A stretch of 64,000 bases of DNA from Candidatus Kaiserbacteria bacterium (GTDB taxonomy: Bacteria > Patescibacteriota > Minisyncoccia > Phycocordibacterales > UBA2100): assembly GCA_028286585.1 (NCBI GenBank), contig JAQBRI010000007.1, forward strand, positions 18,479 to 82,478. The letters are read 5' to 3'. The position numbers and the translations under genes were made by a program. Position 1 is the first letter of the stretch; each line of letters opens with the position of its first letter. The notes under the pieces are model-generated. The model ran no database searches, was not told the DNA's origin, and saw only the letters and a program-made list of their open reading frames with translations. Of the stretch, positions 1 through 7,868 are shown one piece after another.

Positions 1-140
1 ACTCCACGGGAATTGTATGCATAGCTATTTTGATATGTATCAAATGATTTGAGGGTGACTGCGATTACGCCAAGCACTCCAATGAGCGCAAGTGCTGCCA
101 TAAGTGCAACACCGCGAATATTGTTATGCTTTCCGTACAT
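1..140 (-). CDS. Partial gene with a type IV prepilin-like N-terminus (runs off the window edge)
   Basis: Manual translation MYGKHNNIRG|VALMAALALIGVLGVIAVTLK...: short basic leader, Gly, then a hydrophobic helix, like minor pilins. Confidence 0.5.
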   Translation of the reverse strand, partial: MYGKHNNIRGVALMAALALIGVLGVIAVTLKSFDTYQNSYAYNSRG

Positions 141-242
141 ACCCACATGATGCGCCCTAAAGAATAGATATGCAATAAAGCGCTGGGGAAAACAATAATG
201 TTTTTATGGGTTTATCATGAGTGAATGTACTCATGAATCGAA

Positions 243-317
243 TGGTGCCCTTACCAGGAATCGAACCTGGATTACGAGCTCCGCAAGCTCGCGTTCTATC
301 CATTAAACTATAAGAGC
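243..317 (-). tRNA. tRNA-Arg(GCG), CCA encoded
   Basis: Cloverleaf GCTCTTA...TAAGGGC-A-CCA; anticodon arm CGAGC-TT-GCG-GA-GCTCG; GGTTCGATTCC T-arm. Confidence 0.95.
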
Positions 318-325
318 CTAGGAGA

Positions 326-595
326 CTATTTTGCTGTAGCCTTTGCAACCGCACGACTTGCACGTGATTTCATGCGTGCAGCTGTGTTCTTCTTGATAAT
401 ACCGCGTTTTGCAGCCTTATCAATTGCCTTGTATGTGTTCGAGAGAGAAGCTCCTGCTTCTGTCACCTTCTTAGCGAGCGCCGTAGTTGCGGTAAGCTTG
501 ATTGCTTCGCGCATGATCTTTTTAGTGCGTATATTAAAGACGCGCTTCCGACTCGAGACTCGGTTTGCCTTTTTTGCTGAAGATGTTTTTGCCAT
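326..595 (-). CDS. rpsT: 30S ribosomal protein S20
   Basis: SAKKANR N-terminus and IDKAAKRGIIKKNTAARMKSR motif, 89 aa. Confidence 0.97.
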   Translation of the reverse strand: MAKTSSAKKANRVSSRKRVFNIRTKKIMREAIKLTATTALAKKVTEAGASLSNTYKAIDKAAKRGIIKKNTAARMKSRASRAVAKATAK

Positions 596-659
596 TGACA
601 GGATAATACCTCACACTTGCCTGTTATGCAAGGTTGGAAAATAAAGATATGATAAGCCC

Positions 660-1226
660 ATGATCGGTTATTTGGAAGGAACGCTTATCGCTATTCGTGA
701 TGACCATTGTGTACTATCGACCGGCCCCGTCGGATATTGCGTGTATACAAAAAAAGAAGTGCTTACACTTTCGACGCTTGGCATGCCACGGTCCTTTTGG
801 ATTTATACGGCCGTACGCGAAACAGCCTTCGATCTGTATGGATTTGAAAGCGAAGCTGAATTGGCTATTTTTGAGCTACTCCTCACCGTCTCTGGTATCG
901 GCCCAAAGTCGGCGTTATCAATATTAGACGTTGCAACAATGGAAACGCTACACAATGCAATCGGTCAAGAAAACGCAACCTACCTCACAACCATTTCTGG
1001 TATCGGCAAAAAAACTGCTGAAAAAATTATTCTCGAACTCAAAGGAAAAGTAACGATTGCGATTGATGCAATTCCCGTTGGTGATTCAGAGGCACTCGAG
1101 GCAATGCGATCCTTGGGATATTCAACTCAAGAAGCCCGAGAGGCGCTGCGAAACATACCGTCTACCATTTCTGGTACCAACGATCGACTGCGTGAAGCGC
1201 TTCGCCTCATGAGCAAGCGGATATAA
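660..1226 (+). CDS. ruvA: Holliday junction branch migration protein RuvA
   Basis: MIGYLEG, LYGF, SGIGPK and GIGKKTAEKIILELK HhH motifs, ALxSLGY-like C-terminal domain. Confidence 0.97.
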   Translation: MIGYLEGTLIAIRDDHCVLSTGPVGYCVYTKKEVLTLSTLGMPRSFWIYTAVRETAFDLYGFESEAELAIFELLLTVSGIGPKSALSILDVATMETLHNAIGQENATYLTTISGIGKKTAEKIILELKGKVTIAIDAIPVGDSEALEAMRSLGYSTQEAREALRNIPSTISGTNDRLREALRLMSKRI

Positions 1227-1244
1227 TATAAACCTGATCACTGT

Positions 1245-2531
1245 ATGAAACGATGGATTCAAAAAATAGTGCCCTTTCCCCTCTTGATAGTTGTGACTCG
1301 CGTATACCATTTTGTAATGGCAATGCTTGGAGCAGTGATGCTGGGATTCCCATCAAAAAAAATAATAGTGATTGGTGTCACGGGCACGAAAGGCAAATCT
1401 TCGACAGTAGAGATAATTAATGCAATTTTTGAAGAAGCAGGATACCGAACGGCGCTTACCAACTCAATACGATTCAAGGTTGCGGATTCCACTGAAGCAA
1501 ACACCACGCGCATGTCGATGCCGGGCAGAATGTTCATTCAGGACTTTCTTTCTCGTGCCGTGTATGCACAGTGTACTGTTGCGATTCTCGAGATGACATC
1601 CGAGGGAGCACGTCAGTACCGCCATCGTGGAATTGCGCTTGATGCACTTGTGTTTACCAATCTTGCGCCTGAACACATCGAATCTCACGGATCGTTTGAA
1701 CGCTACGCTGATGCTAAGTACGAACTTGGCCGCCAGCTGGAACGTTCTCACAAACGTCCGCGCACCATCGTTGCAAATGCCGACGACGCACAGAGCGGAA
1801 GATATCTTGCCCTTTCAGTAGAAAACAAAATTCCTTTTTCGCTTTCTGCACAGGAACCATTTCAGGCAAGCGAACGCGGCGGGTCGTTTACCCTTGATGG
1901 TGTCACCATGACTACCAAACTCCCTGGAGAGTTTTCACTCAAAAATGCGCTCGCAGCTGCCATGATTGCTCAAGCGTTTGGAATATCAACGGAAATTATT
2001 CAGCGAGCACTTGCAAAAATAACTACCATTCCCGGTCGAGGTGAGCGTATCGAAGAAGGTCAGGACTTTTCGGTTGTTGTAGATTATGCCCACACACCGG
2101 ATTCACTCAAGGCACTTTATGAAGCTTACAAAACTCCAGCAAGTACAGCCCAGCCATCAAGCAGTCGTAAACTTATCTGCGTTCTCGGCTCAACCGGCGG
2201 AGGACGCGATGTATGGAAGCGCCCGGTTATGGGCGGTATTGCAGACTCTTATTGCGACGAACTCATTCTTACCAACGAAGATCCATACGATGAAGACCCT
2301 CAAAAGATTGTTGCAATGCTTGCAAAAGGCATGACTCGTACACCGACAATCATAATGGATCGTCGTGAAGCAATCGCGCTCGCACTTTCCCATGCTAAGG
2401 CTGGAGACGCTGTTCTGATAAGTGGAAAAGGCACCGATCCATGCATCTGCGGCCCAAACGGCAGCAAAATCCCTTGGAGTGACTCGCTTGTCGCCCGTGA
2501 GGAACTACGCAAATTAGCTATAAAAACATGA
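1245..2531 (+). CDS. murE: Mur ligase, MurE-like UDP-MurNAc-tripeptide synthetase
   Basis: GVTGTKGKSS P-loop, FTNLAPEHIE, VDYAHTPD, GGGRD, SGKG. Confidence 0.85.
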   Translation: MKRWIQKIVPFPLLIVVTRVYHFVMAMLGAVMLGFPSKKIIVIGVTGTKGKSSTVEIINAIFEEAGYRTALTNSIRFKVADSTEANTTRMSMPGRMFIQDFLSRAVYAQCTVAILEMTSEGARQYRHRGIALDALVFTNLAPEHIESHGSFERYADAKYELGRQLERSHKRPRTIVANADDAQSGRYLALSVENKIPFSLSAQEPFQASERGGSFTLDGVTMTTKLPGEFSLKNALAAAMIAQAFGISTEIIQRALAKITTIPGRGERIEEGQDFSVVVDYAHTPDSLKALYEAYKTPASTAQPSSSRKLICVLGSTGGGRDVWKRPVMGGIADSYCDELILTNEDPYDEDPQKIVAMLAKGMTRTPTIIMDRREAIALALSHAKAGDAVLISGKGTDPCICGPNGSKIPWSDSLVAREELRKLAIKT

Positions 2532-2544
2532 TACAGTTCTCGAT

Positions 2545-2868
2545 ATGGTAGTACGTATATTCATCGCTCTCGGATTGTTTTTTGTCGGGCTGTTTATTTT
2601 CTTATGGTTATTCGGCGGCGGGTTTCAAAAAATAAAAGCAGCAATTCCACACTATTATAATCCGGTACAGTACGCATTGAAGGGAGCATATTCAGGAGGC
2701 CTTTACTTTACCCTTCCTGGAACACCTTCCTTTTTTCCTACGCTCGCAAGCACCACAAACGCTTCTTCAAGTGACGGACAGGCTCCTGATACAGACGTGT
2801 ATATTCAAGGAAGTCATGATTACGACAATGTCCCTCTCGATTCCACAGGAGATGTGCAGCAAAATTAA
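2545..2868 (+). CDS. Hypothetical membrane-anchored protein
   Basis: N-terminal TM helix, 107 aa, -10-like box just upstream. Confidence 0.6.
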   Translation: MVVRIFIALGLFFVGLFIFLWLFGGGFQKIKAAIPHYYNPVQYALKGAYSGGLYFTLPGTPSFFPTLASTTNASSSDGQAPDTDVYIQGSHDYDNVPLDSTGDVQQN

Positions 2869-2871
2869 ATA

Positions 2872-3339
2872 CTATTTTGCGTATTGAAACAGAACGATGC
2901 CGCCAGCGATCGAGACGTTGAGCGACTCCTTTGCGCCGTGCATTGGAATGGAGACAATAGTGTCACATTGCTGCAAGAGACTCGCTGAAATTCCAAGCAC
3001 TTCGTTTCCAAGAATAAAAAGTGTTTTTTCTTTGGGGGTGAACAATCTATAATCAATTGCGTTTTTTGCTTGTTCGATTCCGACAATATGCCATCCTTCT
3101 TTTTTTAATTGCGTAATACGACTCGTTACATTTTTTGTATGTGTCCATTGAATGTTGTTTTCGGCACCGAGCGCAGTTTTTGCAATCTCTTTTTGCACCC
3201 GACCCAGGGTGTCAATCGGCAATGGAGTGTACCCGCTCAAATACACATGACTAATACCTGCCCCGTCCGACGTACGAAACAGTGAACCGACGTTGTGTGC
3301 ACTTCGAATATTGTGTAAGAGGAGCGCCGTACTTTGCAT
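2872..3339 (-). CDS. TrmH/SpoU-family RNA 2'-O-methyltransferase
   Basis: NIRSAHNVGSLFRT, LGNE, SLNVSIA SPOUT motifs. Confidence 0.92.
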   Translation of the reverse strand: MQSTALLLHNIRSAHNVGSLFRTSDGAGISHVYLSGYTPLPIDTLGRVQKEIAKTALGAENNIQWTHTKNVTSRITQLKKEGWHIVGIEQAKNAIDYRLFTPKEKTLFILGNEVLGISASLLQQCDTIVSIPMHGAKESLNVSIAGGIVLFQYAK

Positions 3340-3373
3340 GGCCTAACCATACACAATATGCTACGATTGCGCT

Positions 3374-3778
3374 ATGAGAGGCGATATTTGGCCGGATTTG
3401 ATTGTTTTTGCCCCGCTCGCGGTCGCATTATTGCGAGCTGCTGCGGGAATTGCTTTTATCTATATCGCATACACCATGAGTGAGCGTGACACAGCTTTTA
3501 CAAAAGTTGCTTTCCCACTGATCGGAAAACCAGACCGATCGCTCGTTTGGCTTTCTGCATTTATTACTGCGGTTGTCGGCTTTGCGCTGTTTGTCGGATT
3601 CCTCACACAAATAATGGCACTTCTTGGCTTGTGCATCGCGATCAAACATCTCTTTTTTGCAAATAGATATCCATACCTCTTCCCCCTTTCACGCAGCTCG
3701 TATGCACTCCTTATAATCATTACTATCGCACTCTTTATTTGCGGAACTGGCACTCTCGCATTTGATTTGATGTTCTAA
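3374..3778 (+). CDS. DoxX-like integral membrane protein
   Basis: Four hydrophobic segments; LLRxxxG, GFLT and GxGxxAFD patterns resemble DoxX. Confidence 0.55.
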   Translation: MRGDIWPDLIVFAPLAVALLRAAAGIAFIYIAYTMSERDTAFTKVAFPLIGKPDRSLVWLSAFITAVVGFALFVGFLTQIMALLGLCIAIKHLFFANRYPYLFPLSRSSYALLIIITIALFICGTGTLAFDLMF

Positions 3779-3822
3779 ATAATGGTATAGTCCTCGATGA
3801 GGGTAATTTTCTCTCATCATTT

Positions 3823-3895
3823 CCGCTCGTAGCTCAGTCGGTAGAGCACCTGCCTTTTAAGCAGAGGGTCGTTGGTTCGATTCCAACCGAGCGGA
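3823..3895 (+). tRNA. tRNA-Lys(UUU), CCA not encoded
   Basis: CCGCTCG...CGAGCGG-A acceptor; anticodon loop CT-TTT-AA; GGTTCGATTCC. Confidence 0.95.
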
Positions 3896-3903
3896 CAAAT
3901 AGC

Positions 3904-4072
3904 ATCATCATGTACGCATGATGATATATCGCTCGAGAAATGTGCCGATGCACATTTCGAGTTGGAATCGAAGGGCGGAGCGATGTCGAGTCAGCAGACG
4001 AGACCGCGAGCCCAGGCCCGAGAAAATTTTTTCGTGGCGACGAAAAAATTATTCAGGGCGATTCCAACCGAG
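3904..4072 (+). repeat. Palindrome-rich element behind tRNA-Lys carrying inverted and direct copies of the tRNA T-arm
   Basis: Hairpins 3904-3925, 3932-3961 and 4025-4050; GTTGGAATCGAA at 3961-3972 is antisense to the T-arm; CGATTCCAACCGAG at 4059-4072 repeats 3878-3891. Confidence 0.75.
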
Positions 4073-4115
4073 GCGAGTGTTCGTGACGATAAAATCAATC
4101 GTCCTCAAGTTGACC

Positions 4116-5831
4116 TTACTGCCCTATCTGCACCGTGACGTAATCAACCACCGGGTTTTGTTGATAGTCGAGACACGATATCGTATACGTTGTTGCACCA
4201 GTTAATGGCACGGTTGAACCGCCGCCAGCAAGTGTTGTTTGATGAAAACTGCCGTCAGGCGAACTTTCGGTACAGTTAGTAACAGCCTGTGTATTCCAAA
4301 ATATGGTAGTTCGCGATCCCAGAGAAACCTTTGGAGGCACTGCCCAAATATCAACCCGCGCAGGAATAAGAGGGGTTGTTGTTGCAATAGGGACGACCGT
4401 TGGTTTTGTAATAACTTTTGGCGTTGCTCGTATTGTAGTTTGGCTCGATACAGGAACATTTACTACCTGAATACTTCCAACGCTGTATCCAGCCCATTGA
4501 CACAAGCCGTCAAAAAAAGTTGTCGAGAATAACGTTCCAAGAAAATTATTTGCCCACGGACGCGTGCGACACCATCCTCCTACCATTGCACTCACGCCGT
4601 TACCAGAAGTATTTGCTCCATAAAATCCTGCAGTTTCAGAATTAGTACTTTGATCATAGCTGCGTGCAACCAGTGTTCCACTATTTCCGTTTTCATCGAT
4701 ATATCCGGTCGTATTTCCCTGATTAAAGCCGAGCTGCGGTAAAGCAGATCCGTTGGAACCGTTGGTGGATGATCCTACTATTATAAATGTGCCGGTAACA
4801 TCTGCAGTTGCACTGTTTATTAACACTACACAACTCGTACCATCGGGAGAAATTGTTTTACCGGGCGGACACATACAGCGTCCGGTGGTGGTTGCATATG
4901 ATTGCCCGTTGATTGAACAGTTATTAAGACTCGCACTCACGCAACTCAGACCATCTGTCGAAAGCGTGGTCGTTGCAGGACACAAACAGGAATTTGTAGC
5001 AGTAGAAAATACTTGTCCGTTAACAGTACAGGTAGTTGCTATTTGGCTAGCGCTACAACTGAGCCCATCTGAAGACAAGATCTGTCCAATAGGACATGAG
5101 CAAGAATTGGTGAGCGATGAAAATATTTGTCCTGTAATACTACAATTAGTAAGGTTAGCAGCGGTACAGCCCAAAAAAGTTGCGGTCTGTCCAGGAGGAC
5201 ACACGCAGCCACCAGAAATTGCTGAATAGGTTTGTCCTGGTAATGTACACGTTTGACTAATCGGCGGCACATAGGTAACGCACGGATTACCGTTTAATAG
5301 TGCTGGGTCACTGACGGTTGTCATCGTTGGACAATTACTGTTAAGTCCCGGATCACTTGCTCCTCCGGCGCCACCTCCCGCTCCACCACCATTCATCATT
5401 TGACCAACAATTTGTCCTGCTGCCTGGAGGAGCGAGCTCATGGCGTTCCCACCGATAGCACTCGTCCCCCCGCCCAAGCCTCCGTAACTTGTACCCTGAC
5501 ACTTAAGCGGTGCAATACATATACCACTTTGTGAAAATCCATTTGTGGTTTGAGTACACGGACAATTTAATCCTCCGATTTTTGGATCATCCTTTGTTGC
5601 GGGAGCGTTACATACTTTTGTATAACTTTTTGTTGCAAGACATTGAGCATCCGCGGCAGTATTCGCACCAAACATGTTTGCGATATTTGCCCCGGCAGCA
5701 CCAATTCCAATTCCTGCAGCACCGATACCAACAGCCTGGGCAGTCGAAACGGCTGCACTTGCTGCAAGCGGTGCACATGAAAAAAATACTATACTAATTG
5801 AAATGATGGTGCGGACGAAACGCTTGATCAT
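4116..5831 (-). CDS. Secreted Cys-rich protein with four EGF-like repeats and a C-terminal beta-rich (Ig-like) domain
   Basis: Signal peptide; repeats of CxxxGQx(6-7)CxCPxGxxLSxDGxSC; Gly/Thr-rich linkers. Confidence 0.75.
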   Translation of the reverse strand: MIKRFVRTIISISIVFFSCAPLAASAAVSTAQAVGIGAAGIGIGAAGANIANMFGANTAADAQCLATKSYTKVCNAPATKDDPKIGGLNCPCTQTTNGFSQSGICIAPLKCQGTSYGGLGGGTSAIGGNAMSSLLQAAGQIVGQMMNGGGAGGGAGGASDPGLNSNCPTMTTVSDPALLNGNPCVTYVPPISQTCTLPGQTYSAISGGCVCPPGQTATFLGCTAANLTNCSITGQIFSSLTNSCSCPIGQILSSDGLSCSASQIATTCTVNGQVFSTATNSCLCPATTTLSTDGLSCVSASLNNCSINGQSYATTTGRCMCPPGKTISPDGTSCVVLINSATADVTGTFIIVGSSTNGSNGSALPQLGFNQGNTTGYIDENGNSGTLVARSYDQSTNSETAGFYGANTSGNGVSAMVGGWCRTRPWANNFLGTLFSTTFFDGLCQWAGYSVGSIQVVNVPVSSQTTIRATPKVITKPTVVPIATTTPLIPARVDIWAVPPKVSLGSRTTIFWNTQAVTNCTESSPDGSFHQTTLAGGGSTVPLTGATTYTISCLDYQQNPVVDYVTVQIGQ

Positions 5832-5849
5832 GAAAATATAATACCACGT

Positions 5850-6482
5850 TTATGAGAGCACAAATCGTTCGAGTGCATATTCAAGCTCCTCACCACGCCG
5901 GCGTGCTTTGTGCGGCAGCTCGGCAAGCTGTGCAACGATGGTGCGCGCACGTTTTTTTTCGGTTTCAGTGCCTGATTTTACGAGCATATCCTTGCCTGCC
6001 CAAAAGAGTACGCCATGAATTGCCTCTGGCGCATCTCCTGCGTAGAGCTGCTGTTGATATGATATCCACAATTGTTTCTTGTCACCTCGCTTGAGTGCAT
6101 TCGCGACAGCAAAAATAGTAGTCGCGGCGGCATTCTTTTTTGGAAGATCAAACACCTCGAGCGAGGCAAACTTTGCAAGCATTTTTTTGGTCGCAGCGTC
6201 GATTTTTTCTTCTATCCAATAAAATTGTTCTGTCGACTCACCAAGAATTTGGAGGCTATTCTCCATCATTTCACGCATATCATCTCTCGAAAGAATATAT
6301 TCAAATACTACAACACGCGGCGTTGCAAACATTCCCCCACCCATAAGCACCGAGGATATGTCATCTAATGTATGCGCGTCACTAATGCGGACAACCGATA
6401 CTCCTTTTGCAGTTTTGGCTAATGCATTATTAAGCGCCTGCCGTACTTTGACCCTGTCGGTTCCATAGAAAATGGTAAGCAT
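5850..6482 (-). CDS. Short DNA polymerase III delta subunit-like protein
   Basis: FYGTD N-terminus, GGMFAxxRVVV, TIFAVANAL, C-terminal LEYALERFVL; only 210 aa. Confidence 0.6.
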   Translation of the reverse strand: MLTIFYGTDRVKVRQALNNALAKTAKGVSVVRISDAHTLDDISSVLMGGGMFATPRVVVFEYILSRDDMREMMENSLQILGESTEQFYWIEEKIDAATKKMLAKFASLEVFDLPKKNAAATTIFAVANALKRGDKKQLWISYQQQLYAGDAPEAIHGVLFWAGKDMLVKSGTETEKKRARTIVAQLAELPHKARRRGEELEYALERFVLS

Positions 6483-6515
6483 AACTCAGTATAGCAAGAT
6501 GGGCTTCGATTAACA

Positions 6516-7829
6516 TTACGTTTCGTTAGACAATACTTCTGTTTCAAGTTTAGAAAAATCATATTCTTTCGGAAAGTATTCTTTAAAAAGCTGCATTACA
6601 GGCTCTCCTTCGTATTCCTTACGCAAGTCCGCCATATGCATTGCGAGTATCATTTCTTGAGGTTCGCCGACACAGTCGAGTGGCTTAAATCCTTCTACCC
6701 CAAGGATACGCCTAAAAAGTGGTGCGAGGCGGGTATGCATATACAAATCCGCTCCAAAAATACGCACAACTTCATTTTTTCGCAAAAACGCCGAAAAGCA
6801 TGCAAACAAAAATATACACTTTGGACACTTATTACACCAATAGCCTGTGCGCGACAGCCGTTGTACAAAACGCGGGAGCCAAAAATAATTATTACAACTA
6901 GTAACGTAAGGAAGATATTCTGGATACTTTACAAATCTTCTGACAATCTCAAGTTCGCTGTACTCTCGCAACAACGAATTTGTCGAAATGCCAGGTGTTA
7001 TAAAGTGCTGGATATAATCATTAACCATTTTTTCTGCCTCCGTGGATTTACACCATTGATGATTCACTGGTAGTCCAAGATATGTCAGATTACCAAAATC
7101 AGCACTACGCTCACTGGAGATCTGTATCGAGTCATAACCAAGAAGTTCAGCAAGCAGTGTGGCAATAAATGTAAAAGTAGTGACCGAAGGATACGAGCCG
7201 GAGACGCCTAGCTGTGACTTGATTGCAACAAACAAGGGGTCATAGCGTCGATCAACTACGACAGTCTGTGCACCAATGATTGTGGCTATCCGATCATGTG
7301 CCGGTGATGGCCAAATTGATAGTAGATCGAAAGGTATGTTCTGTTGTTTAAGAATTTCAGCAGAAAGAATCGAGTCCTTACCTGCCCCGTTTAGTAGCAG
7401 CGCTCGTCTGGGACGCTCAAAGCGAGTCGCCTGTAGTGCATCAAATGATTCGTCGTACGGAAATGCAATCAGATTATGAAAGTCTATCTGCATGTCATAG
7501 AAAAATTCACTGAGTCCATGTAAATAAACTGAATTCCAAAAATCCGCCTGTGCACGGGAGAGCACAAATCCTTCGATTCTCATATTCCTTGCTGGAAAGG
7601 CGCACCAATAGTTAATACCTAATATCAGTAGAAGCGCCTGAAGTGTTGGCTCGAGGACTGTTTGTGGCACTTGCTCCCACAATTCTGGGGTGACATTGGG
7701 TAGTAAAAGCCTGTCAGTAAACGTCTTTGTAATTCCGAATTTAAATTTTATTCGATATGTAAAAGTAATTTCGGAACGAAGACGATTAACCTCGTACGCA
7801 CCAAATGTAAACGACGAGGCGAGCAGCAT
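6516..7829 (-). CDS. MurL-like UDP-MurNAc-L-Ala-L-Glu epimerase (adenine nucleotide alpha-hydrolase fold)
   Basis: GAGKDS PP-loop, ERSAD, VNHQWCKS, SCN, WCNKCPKC, KPLDCVG. Confidence 0.75.
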   Translation of the reverse strand: MLLASSFTFGAYEVNRLRSEITFTYRIKFKFGITKTFTDRLLLPNVTPELWEQVPQTVLEPTLQALLLILGINYWCAFPARNMRIEGFVLSRAQADFWNSVYLHGLSEFFYDMQIDFHNLIAFPYDESFDALQATRFERPRRALLLNGAGKDSILSAEILKQQNIPFDLLSIWPSPAHDRIATIIGAQTVVVDRRYDPLFVAIKSQLGVSGSYPSVTTFTFIATLLAELLGYDSIQISSERSADFGNLTYLGLPVNHQWCKSTEAEKMVNDYIQHFITPGISTNSLLREYSELEIVRRFVKYPEYLPYVTSCNNYFWLPRFVQRLSRTGYWCNKCPKCIFLFACFSAFLRKNEVVRIFGADLYMHTRLAPLFRRILGVEGFKPLDCVGEPQEMILAMHMADLRKEYEGEPVMQLFKEYFPKEYDFSKLETEVLSNET

Positions 7830-7868
7830 TCATGCATAGTATCACGCATCATATGGCGTACCCTGCAC

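Noticed and set aside
157-363. 68-aa ORF, and ORFs at 3872-4205, 58757-59014 and 62132-62462
   Set aside because: They overlap tRNA genes or palindromic elements and are most likely spurious
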